Sequence record: SRR20825006_693
DNA: 34,103 nucleotides
Strand: one strand, 5' to 3'
Below, piece after piece: positions 17,901 through 25,457 of the stretch. Every line of letters starts with the position of its first letter. Position 1 is the first letter of the stretch. The position numbers and the translations under genes are program-made. The notes beneath the pieces are model-generated. The model had not been told where the DNA came from, made no database searches, and was given only the letters and a program-made list of their open reading frames with translations.

Positions 17901-18091
17901 ATTTCTTTGTACGTCGTACCGGGAGACTCTATTTTAATATCGAAACGGTAACGCAATACCGTCAACAAGCAGTGCAGGATTTCATTAATTATTTAGATTG
18001 GGATGAAGAGCGCGTTGCTTTTGAAAATAAGAAGCTTGACGAGTTGTTGTATGATGCAACGCATTTTTATGAATCTGAGATTCTTAGCTAA
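14915..18091 (+). CDS. glpK-glpD: Fused glycerol kinase / FAD-dependent glycerol-3-phosphate dehydrogenase (GlpK-GlpD)
   Basis: aa 1-~489: DQGTTSTR, GWVEHDP, ITNQRETT, GDQQAALFG, KNTYGTGCF, YALEGS, APYW. aa ~505-1058: IGGGVTGAGIALDAA, DFASGTSNKSTKLVHGGLRYL, TDDARL, GTTD, AGLRPL, GGKLTGYRKMA, RRT. Single uninterrupted frame. Confidence 0.93.
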   Translation: METSYIIAFDQGTTSTRAILFDEHGKVVAISQKELKQYYPQSGWVEHDPEMIFNDQKEVFEAVVQKAKVPLAAIKGIGITNQRETTIVWDKKTGKPVYNAICWLDKRTEAICEGLRERGLSRYILKNTGLVIDSYFSATKIKWILDNVEGAREKAEAGDLLFGTVDSWLIYKFTGKHRTDHTNACRTMLYNIKDMAWDQELLEELTIPKKMLPKVQPSSSDFGTITYQEFDFPIYGVAGDQQAALFGQGGYKSGMAKNTYGTGCFMLLNTGKKPSFSKNGLITTLCCTLEDKKPKYALEGSVFVGGASIQWLRDQVGIIENAEETNAICQSIPPLEDLFFVPAFNGLGAPYWDGNAKGSIQGLTFSTGRKELVKATVEALAYQVTDLIKAMEEDSGKQIKTLKVDGGACANDYLMQFQADLLDAQVDRPEMLEVTAWGAALLAGIKVGIWTQKDIATLRSADQVFEPEMDVRTRNHKQEGWELAVMRTRSGYAETIEKEKEPLRFSVRDRKRYIKKAKKKKFDLVIIGGGVTGAGIALDAATRGMSVCLIEKNDFASGTSNKSTKLVHGGLRYLKQMEIGLVKESGTERAIVHKLAPHLVVPEKMLLPLIEGGQYGKFLTSIGLKVYDLLANVDDEDKRRMLTKEETLEREPILDESTLLGGGFYAEYRTDDARLTIELMKKAAGFGAICLNYCEMEDFVYNYKGKITAVNCKDHNTGKTFEVEGRTFVSATGPWVDKLRKKDESMNNKHLHLTKGVHLVFPKEKLPVHQSLYFDVPDGRMIFAIPRGRVTYVGTTDTNYSGSLDRVVATKADIKYLLDAVNGTFPDINLTEEDIESSWAGLRPLIHEDEKDPSELSRKDETFISKSGLISIAGGKLTGYRKMAQRVNETVSKRLKEKFGKTYDESRTQHIALTSHAMRNTQEVEDYQNYLEQELDFMQIDNAAFKAWYLVSTYGKQTDIIKNKINYFRDADVNDRLLRAELWYSVNYEMTNSLADFFVRRTGRLYFNIETVTQYRQQAVQDFINYLDWDEERVAFENKKLDELLYDATHFYESEILS

Positions 18092-18122
18092 TTTTCTGCT
18101 TAAGCATTCTACCTCTTAAAAA

Positions 18123-18145
18123 TTAAACGTTATTTTTACGTTTAA
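18123..18145. promoter_or_regulatory. Inverted repeat TTAAACGT-N7-ACGTTTAA upstream of the HAD phosphatase gene
   Basis: Perfect 8-bp arms in the 66-nt intergenic region. Confidence 0.4.
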
Positions 18146-18157
18146 ATAAATAGCCCT

Positions 18158-18964
18158 ATGGACAAAGGATTTTTAATAGATATGGACGGAGTCATTTACA
18201 GCGGTAATGACTTGATTCCGGGAGCAGATACATTTATAAAAACATTGCAGGATCGTGGCATTCCGTTCTTGTTTATGACCAATAACAGTCAGCGTAGCCC
18301 TATTGATGTTGTGAATAAATTACGTCCCATGGGAATTCACATTAAAGAAGATAATGTGTACACCAGCGCTATGGCAACGGCTTGGTTTTTAGGTTTTACA
18401 AAACCTAATGGTACCGCTTACGTTCTGGGTGAGGGCGGACTTCTAAGCAGCTTGCACGAAAATGGGTACAGCTTGGTGACTCAAGATCCAGATTATGTTG
18501 TGGTAGGTGAAGGCCGAAATTTCACTTTAGAAATGGCAAATAATGCCGTAGATATGATACTTGGTGGCGCTAAACTGATCGCAACTAATTTAGATCCTTC
18601 GCCTAAGAAAATTGGCTGGTCTAATCTAGGGATCAAAGCAATCGTTAAGATGATCGAAGAAGCAACCGGGCGTAAAGCATTTTCGGTAGGAAAACCTAGT
18701 CCTGTAATGATGCGTGCCGCTCGAAAAAAATTAGGCTTAACCACAGATCAAACCATAGTAATAGGAGACACGATGGATACTGATATTCTGGGCTCTATTC
18801 AAATGGGGTACAAGACTATCCTGACTCTGTCAGGAGTTTCGAAGCAAGAGGAAATAGGTACATATGCATTTGGTCCTGATATGGTCATCGACTCACTCAA
18901 AGATTTTAACATCGACGAGGCTTTAGAGAAGCTTTCCGTTGAAAATAACGTAGCAGAATTTTGA
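18158..18964 (+). CDS. HAD-superfamily subclass IIA phosphatase (NagD-like)
   Basis: DMDGV (motif I), MTNNS (II), GKPS (III), GDTMDTDI (IV). Confidence 0.92.
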   Translation: MDKGFLIDMDGVIYSGNDLIPGADTFIKTLQDRGIPFLFMTNNSQRSPIDVVNKLRPMGIHIKEDNVYTSAMATAWFLGFTKPNGTAYVLGEGGLLSSLHENGYSLVTQDPDYVVVGEGRNFTLEMANNAVDMILGGAKLIATNLDPSPKKIGWSNLGIKAIVKMIEEATGRKAFSVGKPSPVMMRAARKKLGLTTDQTIVIGDTMDTDILGSIQMGYKTILTLSGVSKQEEIGTYAFGPDMVIDSLKDFNIDEALEKLSVENNVAEF

Positions 18965-19983
18965 AAATACTAGTAACCGGCGGACTCGGATTTATAGGTT
19001 CGCATACCGTAGTCGAATTACAAAATGCAGGATACGAGGTGGTCATTATTGACGATCTGTCTAATGCTTCAGAAGATGTTTTAGATGGAATAGAAGCCAT
19101 TACCGGCAAAAGGCCTGAGTTTGAAAAATTGGATCTAAGGGATCGCAACGCGGTTTCGGCTTTCTTTAAAAAATACGCAGACGTAAGCGGGGCGATTCAT
19201 TTTGCAGCTTCAAAGGCAGTAGGAGAAAGTGTTCATAAGCCTTTGTTGTATTACGAAAACAACCTAAGTTCGTTAGTATATCTGTTGAAAGAACTCACGG
19301 GAAAAGCTTCGGCTAATTTTATATTCAGTTCGTCGTGCACGGTTTACGGGCAGGCAGATGAATTGCCTATAACCGAAAGCGCACCGGTAAAACCTGCGGA
19401 ATCTCCGTACGGAAATACTAAGCAGATCGGGGAAGAGATCATTAGAGACACGGCTAAAGTTTACGAGAATTTTAAAGCTATAGCGTTACGCTATTTTAAC
19501 CCGATTGGAGCACACGAAAGTGTAGAAATAGGGGAGTTGCCGCTAGGCGTTCCGCAGAATTTGGTGCCGTTTATTACCCAGACAGCAGCCGGATTGCGTG
19601 ATGAACTTAGTGTGTTTGGCAATGATTATCCTACTAAAGATGGTACGTGTGTGCGTGATTATATTCACGTGGTTGACTTGGCCAAAGCGCATGTAAAGGC
19701 GCTAACGCGTTTGGTGGAAAGTGAAAATAAAAGCAATTACGAAGTATTTAATTTAGGAACTGGCACCGGAAGTTCTGTACTTGAAGTGATCAACACTTTT
19801 GAAGAAGTTTCCGGAGTGCAATTGCCTTATAAGATCGTAGACCGAAGAGAAGGCGATGTGGTTGCTGCCTATGCAGACACCGAACACGCCAATAACGAAC
19901 TCGGTTGGAAATCAGAGTTGACACTCGCTGATGCATTAGATTCTGCCTGGAAATGGGAGAAGAAAGTTCGCGGTATCAAGTAG
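18961..19983 (+). CDS. galE: UDP-glucose 4-epimerase
   Basis: TTG start overlapping the HAD stop (TTGA); TGGLGFIGSHT, HFAASKAVGES, SSSCTVYG, YGNTK, LRYFNPIGAH, DGTCVRDYIHVVDLA. Confidence 0.96.
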   Translation: MKILVTGGLGFIGSHTVVELQNAGYEVVIIDDLSNASEDVLDGIEAITGKRPEFEKLDLRDRNAVSAFFKKYADVSGAIHFAASKAVGESVHKPLLYYENNLSSLVYLLKELTGKASANFIFSSSCTVYGQADELPITESAPVKPAESPYGNTKQIGEEIIRDTAKVYENFKAIALRYFNPIGAHESVEIGELPLGVPQNLVPFITQTAAGLRDELSVFGNDYPTKDGTCVRDYIHVVDLAKAHVKALTRLVESENKSNYEVFNLGTGTGSSVLEVINTFEEVSGVQLPYKIVDRREGDVVAAYADTEHANNELGWKSELTLADALDSAWKWEKKVRGIK

Positions 19984-20002
19984 TCAACCTACGTTTAAAA
20001 AT

Positions 20003-20035
20003 AAAAAAGCCCAAATCTTGAAGATCTGGGCTTTT
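20003..20035. terminator. Bidirectional intrinsic terminator between galE and the LacI gene
   Basis: AAAAGCCCA-A-ATCT-TGA-AGAT-C-TGGGCTTTT hairpin with one mismatch and A/T-rich flanks. Confidence 0.8.
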
Positions 20036-20059
20036 GTGTTTTTTAAAAGAATGTATGTT

Positions 20060-21070
20060 TTAAAGTTTGCGGGTGCTGTTGCGAATCACCAATTCGGTTT
20101 CTATAACTTCTTGTTTGGGTGCTTCTTTTTCTTTAGCGTTGATGTTTTTAAGTGCGATCTCGATCGCTTTTTTTCCCATAATTTCGGCTTGTTGCTTTAC
20201 TGTGGTCACCGATGGGAAATAATTTCGCGCCAGCGTTCCGTCAGTAAACCCTATAACACTTACATCATTAGGAACTTCTAAGCCTTTAGTGCGAATGGTG
20301 TTCATCGCGTAGATCGCGCTAGATTCGTCTGTGGTGATCAGAGCGTCTATCTCATTCTTGTCAAGAAAAGTTCCTAAATCCTGTTCTAGCGTTGCCAGCT
20401 TGGTATATAAAACTTTGGGAACCGCACCTGCTTCTTTTGAAACGGCCGCTTGATATCCCGCGAGTCTTTTATTCCCCACCGAAGTATTGCTCAATGTAGA
20501 CAATAACGCCACATTTTTACAACCGGTTTTATAGAGATAACTGGTCGCTTCAAAAGCTCCGGAGAAATCATTAATTACCACGCTATCACAAGCTACATCG
20601 GTATTTGCACGGTCAAACATTACTAACGGAATATCATAATGCAATACATCATTGAGATGCTCGATTTCGTTAGATTCCTGCGTCTCAGAAGTAAGGCTGA
20701 TAATAATCGCATCTACCGAAACATCGCTCAGCATATTGAGGCTCTGCTTTTCTTTTTCTAGAGATTCGTTAGAGATGCAGGTAACCAGACTGTAACCATT
20801 TTTTGTGGCTTCTTCTTCCATCCCCACGATGACCTTTGCAAAAAAGTTATGCATAATGTTAGGGATCACCACACCAAGGGTATTGGTACGGCTGCTTTTT
20901 AATCCCCGAGCCATCGCATTAGGGCGGTATTTAAGTTGTCTGGCTGCTGTTTTTACTAAAAGTTTTGTAGCCTCACTTATTTCTGGGCTGTCTGCTAATG
21001 CTTTTGAGACTGTAGAAATAGATAAGTTGAGGTGTTCTGCAATTCCTTTTAATGTGGTTTTAGTAGACAT
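20060..21070 (-). CDS. LacI/GalR family transcriptional regulator
   Basis: HTH TLKGIAEHLNLSISTVSKAL, YRPNAMARGL, PLVMFDR, VPNDVSVIGF, TTVKQ. Confidence 0.95.
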   Translation of the reverse strand: MSTKTTLKGIAEHLNLSISTVSKALADSPEISEATKLLVKTAARQLKYRPNAMARGLKSSRTNTLGVVIPNIMHNFFAKVIVGMEEEATKNGYSLVTCISNESLEKEKQSLNMLSDVSVDAIIISLTSETQESNEIEHLNDVLHYDIPLVMFDRANTDVACDSVVINDFSGAFEATSYLYKTGCKNVALLSTLSNTSVGNKRLAGYQAAVSKEAGAVPKVLYTKLATLEQDLGTFLDKNEIDALITTDESSAIYAMNTIRTKGLEVPNDVSVIGFTDGTLARNYFPSVTTVKQQAEIMGKKAIEIALKNINAKEKEAPKQEVIETELVIRNSTRKL

Positions 21071-21071
21071 T

Positions 21072-22109
21072 TTAATTTTTAGTGTAATGTGTGTCTGCTA
21101 AATTACGTAAAGTTTTTGCAGCCATCTCTGCTGTGATGTCTCTTTGTGGTGTAGCAAACATTTCATAGCCTACCATAAACTTCTTAACCGTTGCTGAGCG
21201 CAGTAATGGCGGGTAGAATGACATATGAAAATGCCAGCAGTCCCAATCCTGACCATCAGTAGGTGCCTGATGAATTCCTGAACTGTAAGGGAATGAGATC
21301 TTAAACAGGTTGTCATATTTAATGGTTACCGCTTTAATGATCTTAGCGTAATCGAGACGTTCTGCTTCAGAAAGGGTTAAAATAGTTCTGTGTTGTTTTT
21401 TAGGTAGAATCATCACTTCGTATGGCCATACTGCCCAGTAAGGCACTAGGGCAACAAAGTATTCGGTTTCTACAATGATGCGCTCTTGCAAGGCAAGCTC
21501 TTCTTTTAAATATTCAGCTAAAAGACTAACTCCGTTATCATTCCAATATTCTCTAAGGTGTTTGTTTTTTTTAGCAACTTCTTGCGGAATGGTGCGCTGC
21601 GCCCAAATTTGACCGTGTGGGTGCGGATTGCTGCATCCCATGGTTGCACCTTTGTTTTCAAAGATCTGCACGTGGTTGATATCACTTTTTTTGCCCAATT
21701 CACGATATTCTCTTTGCCAAAGCGCGATGACTTTGTCAATATTTTCAACATCCATAACAGGAAGTGTTAGAGAATGATCAGGCGAGAAACATACCACTTT
21801 ACAAATCCCACTTTCAGATTCAGCTTTTAGTAAACCGCTTTTAAATTTGGCTTGAGGCACATCATTTTTAAGTGCAGCAAAATCATTAACAAACGACCAA
21901 GGTTCGGTGTAATTTTCATTGATATGACCACCGGCACGCTCATTTCCGGGGCATAAATAACAATTGGGATCGTAAGAAGGGCGCTCTTCAACAACGATAT
22001 CTTCCTCTTTACCTTGCCACGGACGTTTAGTTCTGTGCGGAGAAACCAAAATCCATTCTCCTGTGAGTATGTTGTAACGTCTGTGTGAATTATCATTAAA
22101 ATCTACCAT
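21072..22109 (-). CDS. galT: Galactose-1-phosphate uridylyltransferase
   Basis: HRRYNILTGEWILVSPHRTKRPWQG, CYLCPGN, FENKGATMGCSNPHPHGQ, PPLLRSATVKKFMVGYE. Confidence 0.97.
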   Translation of the reverse strand: MVDFNDNSHRRYNILTGEWILVSPHRTKRPWQGKEEDIVVEERPSYDPNCYLCPGNERAGGHINENYTEPWSFVNDFAALKNDVPQAKFKSGLLKAESESGICKVVCFSPDHSLTLPVMDVENIDKVIALWQREYRELGKKSDINHVQIFENKGATMGCSNPHPHGQIWAQRTIPQEVAKKNKHLREYWNDNGVSLLAEYLKEELALQERIIVETEYFVALVPYWAVWPYEVMILPKKQHRTILTLSEAERLDYAKIIKAVTIKYDNLFKISFPYSSGIHQAPTDGQDWDCWHFHMSFYPPLLRSATVKKFMVGYEMFATPQRDITAEMAAKTLRNLADTHYTKN

Positions 22110-22126
22110 AATCAGGCTTGTATTGT

Positions 22127-23296
22127 TTAGTGTATACGTTCTCCACCATTTGCAGGCATTGCCGTAAATGTAGAGAGTTTAATATTGAATTGTTTGTGAT
22201 ATGCTTTTTTAGCAGCGTCCACATAGGCGTCAATGTGATCCTCGTGAATTAGATTGATGGTACAGCCACCAAAACCACCGCCCATCATTCGGCAACCTAA
22301 AACAGCATCATGGTTTTTAGAAAAATCGGTAAGAAAATCTAATTCTTTACAACTCACTTCATATTTGTGCTGAAGTCCGTCGTGAGAACCATACATTAAA
22401 GTTCCGAAGGTTTTTAGATCTTCTGCTTTAAGCGCTTTAGCCGCTAACGCCACACGCTGGTTTTCTTCTAAAACATATTCACATCGCTTATAAACCACAG
22501 GATCAAAATCGGCTTTGTGTTTTTGCAACTGTTCTAAAGTTACATCACGCAGGGTTATGATCTCAGGATACCATTTTTGTAGCAATGCGACGCCCGCTTC
22601 ACATTCCGCTCTGCGTACGTTGTATTCGCTCGTAGATAGACTGTGAGAAACATTGGTGTTCAATAGGAGCAACTTGTAAGGTTCAATAGCAAACGGAAGC
22701 AATTGATATTCGAGACTTTGACAATCCAACTGGATCACGTGGTTCTCTTTACTCATCACAGAAGCAAATTGATCCATAACACCACATTTGGTGCCTACAT
22801 AGTTATGCTCGGCCATTTGTGATAATTTGATGATTTCCAGATCAGTCAAGCCTAAATCAAAAAGTTCATTAAGCCCTCTGGCTAAACCACATTCTAAGGC
22901 CGCTGAAGAACTGATGCCGGCTCCCATAGGCAGATTGCTGTACATCATACAATCAAAACCTTTAAGACTATGCCCCAGTTTTTTAATTTCTTCCACAACA
23001 CCAACAATATATCTTGTCCATTCGGCGCCGTTAGGATCATAGGTCGCAACGTCAAAACTAAAATGCGAATCATAGTTTAAACTGGTGATGCGTGCCTGAG
23101 ACGGAGTACCATTCTTTTTTAAATAAAACTGAATGGTTTTATCAATTGCGGTAGGCATCACAAAACCATTATTATAGTCAGTATGCTCACCAATAAGGTT
23201 GACGCGTCCTGGTGAATTGATAATAACCTCGGCTTTAAATGCACCTAGCTGCGCAATATGTTCGGGAGATTGCGAATGTGTAATTTGCTGTTCCAA
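22127..23296 (-). CDS. galK: Galactokinase
   Basis: TTG start; PGRVNLIGEHTDYN, PMGAGISSSAA, CGVMDQ, GCRMMGGGFGGC. Confidence 0.97.
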   Translation of the reverse strand: MEQQITHSQSPEHIAQLGAFKAEVIINSPGRVNLIGEHTDYNNGFVMPTAIDKTIQFYLKKNGTPSQARITSLNYDSHFSFDVATYDPNGAEWTRYIVGVVEEIKKLGHSLKGFDCMMYSNLPMGAGISSSAALECGLARGLNELFDLGLTDLEIIKLSQMAEHNYVGTKCGVMDQFASVMSKENHVIQLDCQSLEYQLLPFAIEPYKLLLLNTNVSHSLSTSEYNVRRAECEAGVALLQKWYPEIITLRDVTLEQLQKHKADFDPVVYKRCEYVLEENQRVALAAKALKAEDLKTFGTLMYGSHDGLQHKYEVSCKELDFLTDFSKNHDAVLGCRMMGGGFGGCTINLIHEDHIDAYVDAAKKAYHKQFNIKLSTFTAMPANGGERIH

Positions 23297-23336
23297 AATA
23301 CCGTTGAGGATTTAGATTAGTTGTGTAAATGAATGT

Positions 23337-23344
23337 CAAAGATA
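23337..23344 (-). promoter_or_regulatory. Bacteroidota -7 promoter element (TATCTTTG) for galK-galT-lacI
   Basis: Matches TAnnTTTG on the minus strand about 40 nt upstream of the galK start. Confidence 0.6.
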
Positions 23345-23633
23345 CATATATAATATTAAATGTAATTTGTACGTTTAAAAATTTTTAAACTATTTTTGTG
23401 AAATTCAATAAGATACTGATGGTGTGAACGATGCGCTCAGGTGCTTTTTGAGCAATACCATTTTGAACTTTAAAAAAGTAAGGTGAATAGGGCAATTAGT
23501 TTTTGGAAGACTTTGATTAATCGCGCTTCTAAAAAACACAACAAAATCTTGTGGTGAATAAAAATTGACGCATTTTTGTAGGGTTTTGACATTTTTTGAG
23601 CCCTATTTTTAATAAATACCAAATCGTTTAGTT

Positions 23634-23641
23634 TACATTTG
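23634..23641 (+). promoter_or_regulatory. Bacteroidota -7 promoter element (TACATTTG) for the sugar symporter
   Basis: Matches TAnnTTTG about 65 nt upstream of the start codon. Confidence 0.55.
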
Positions 23642-23672
23642 GAGGCAGAAAAAATGAGCATTCATAACACCT

Positions 23673-23690
23673 AACTACAACGGTGTAGTT
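23673..23690. promoter_or_regulatory. Candidate LacI-type operator AACTACAACGGTGTAGTT
   Basis: 18-bp palindrome with one mismatch and a central CG, between the -7 element and the symporter start. Confidence 0.5.
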
Positions 23691-23706
23691 TGATAAACTT
23701 AAATTT

Positions 23707-25290
23707 ATGGCATTAATTTCCTTTTTAGCATTTACAATTTTGGTAGCGGTCATTTCTTGGCTGGCTGTTCGAAAATCTGATGAATCTACCTCTGACGGTT
23801 ACTTTTTAGGTGGACGTAGTTTAACCGCCGGAGTGATCGCAGGTTCTTTACTTCTAACAAACTTATCTACTGAGCAGATCGTAGGTCTAAACGGAAGCGC
23901 TTATAAAGACGGTTTATCTGTAATGGCCTGGGAAACGTTGGCAGCGCTCTCTATCGTTGTAACGGCGATCTTTTTATTGCCGCGCTATTTAAAAGGAGGG
24001 ATCACCACAGTGCCGCAATTTTTAGCGGAACGTTTTGATACCACGACCAAGACCATCACCTCAGGCCTGTTTTTAACCGGTTATGTAGTGGTTTTACTTC
24101 CCGTGATCTTATACTCTGGTTCTGTAGCCATCAGCGGTATGTTTGACGTGCCTACTTTATTGGGCGTTTCAGATACTACGGCACTTGTAATTTGTATATG
24201 GGGAATCGGGATCATCGGTTCTATTTATGCGGTTTTTGGCGGACTCAAAGCGGTGGCGGTTTCTGATAGTATCAATGCGGTAGGATTGATCATCGGCGGG
24301 GTAATGATTCCTGTTTTTGGTTTGATGGCTATTGGTGACGGAAGCGTTCTAGAAGGGTTAAGCACTTTAGTTGATGCAAATCCAGAGCGTTTTGATTCTA
24401 CCGGTGAACCGGGACAAGAGGTGCCTTTTGCTACAATTTTTACCGGGATGATGCTCGTACAATTATTTTACTGGGGAACCAATCAGCAAATCATTCAAAG
24501 AGGATTAGGTGCAAAAAGTTTAGCTGAAGGTCAAAAAGGACTTTTACTTGCAGCGTTCTTAAAGATCTTAGGTCCGATTATTTTGGTATTACCTGGGATG
24601 ATCGCATATTATTACTTTGAAGGTGGATTAGCAAGCAGCGATCTTGCATATCCTGAATTGGTGCGTGCAGTGCTTCCAAAGCCTTTAATGGGCTTTTTTG
24701 CTGCGGTATTGTTTGGAGCTATTTTGAGTTCGTTTAATAGTGTGTTGAACAGTTCTGTAACCTTATTCGGTATTGATATTTATAAGCAACATATAAACAA
24801 AGAAGCCTCAGAAAGTGTTGTAGTCAAATACGGAAAGATCTTTGGAGTATGTCTTGCGCTAGCTGCGATGTTTATTGCGCCTTTGATTGCAAACGCCGGA
24901 AGTTTATTCAGCTATCTACAAGAAATCAACGGTATTTACAGTATTCCAATTTTTACTATCATCGTAGTGGGTTATTTCACAAAACGTGTTCCGGCTATTG
25001 CAGCAAAAATTGGGATCGTTTCAGGTTCTATACTCTATATTATCAGTCAGTTTGTGATGAAGCCTTACTTTGGCGAAGAGAATTATCCGCACTATCTGCA
25101 CGTGATGGCAATACTGTTTGTGACCAATATTATTATTATGTTGCTCATAGGTAAAGTAGTTCCTAGAAAAGAACCATTTGTACTCGAGTACACTAAAAAG
25201 GTTTCTATAGAGCCGTATAAATACGTGAATCAGGTGGGTATTGTGATCTGTCTGATTGTAGTTGGTATTTATATCTATTTTGCCAAATAG
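23707..25290 (+). CDS. Sodium:sugar symporter (SSS, YidK/SGLT-like; probably galactose or a galactoside)
   Basis: GYFLGGRSL, LTNLSTEQIVG, MAWE, FGGLKAVAVSD, FYWGTNQQIIQR, SSFNSVLNS; divergent from galK. Confidence 0.92.
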   Translation: MALISFLAFTILVAVISWLAVRKSDESTSDGYFLGGRSLTAGVIAGSLLLTNLSTEQIVGLNGSAYKDGLSVMAWETLAALSIVVTAIFLLPRYLKGGITTVPQFLAERFDTTTKTITSGLFLTGYVVVLLPVILYSGSVAISGMFDVPTLLGVSDTTALVICIWGIGIIGSIYAVFGGLKAVAVSDSINAVGLIIGGVMIPVFGLMAIGDGSVLEGLSTLVDANPERFDSTGEPGQEVPFATIFTGMMLVQLFYWGTNQQIIQRGLGAKSLAEGQKGLLLAAFLKILGPIILVLPGMIAYYYFEGGLASSDLAYPELVRAVLPKPLMGFFAAVLFGAILSSFNSVLNSSVTLFGIDIYKQHINKEASESVVVKYGKIFGVCLALAAMFIAPLIANAGSLFSYLQEINGIYSIPIFTIIVVGYFTKRVPAIAAKIGIVSGSILYIISQFVMKPYFGEENYPHYLHVMAILFVTNIIIMLLIGKVVPRKEPFVLEYTKKVSIEPYKYVNQVGIVICLIVVGIYIYFAK

Positions 25291-25310
25291 AATACGGAAA
25301 TCAATAGTTC

Positions 25311-25339
25311 AAAGCTCGTTGTAAAACGGGCTTTTTTTT
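25311..25339 (+). terminator. Intrinsic terminator of the sugar symporter
   Basis: AAAGCTCGTT-GTAA-AACGGGCTTT hairpin running into a T8 tract. Confidence 0.8.
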
Positions 25340-25400
25340 GGTTTAGCCGAAAGTTTAAAGCATCAAAACCTATCTAATATAGTGCTAAAGTAAGTGCGTG

Positions 25401-25435
25401 AAAAAAGCCTTGAGGTTTAATACCTCAAGGCTTTT
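25401..25435 (-). terminator. Intrinsic terminator of the acyl-CoA dehydrogenase gene
   Basis: AAAAGCCTTGAGGT-TTAAT-ACCTCAAGGCTTTT perfect 14-bp stem; A6 on the plus strand gives the U tract on the minus strand. Confidence 0.85.
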
Positions 25436-25457
25436 GTATTTAAGAAGTTTGTTTGTG

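Noticed and set aside
23470-23661. 63-aa ORF in the galK / symporter intergenic region
   Set aside because: AT-rich, no motifs, non-ATG start and overlaps the symporter promoter element.
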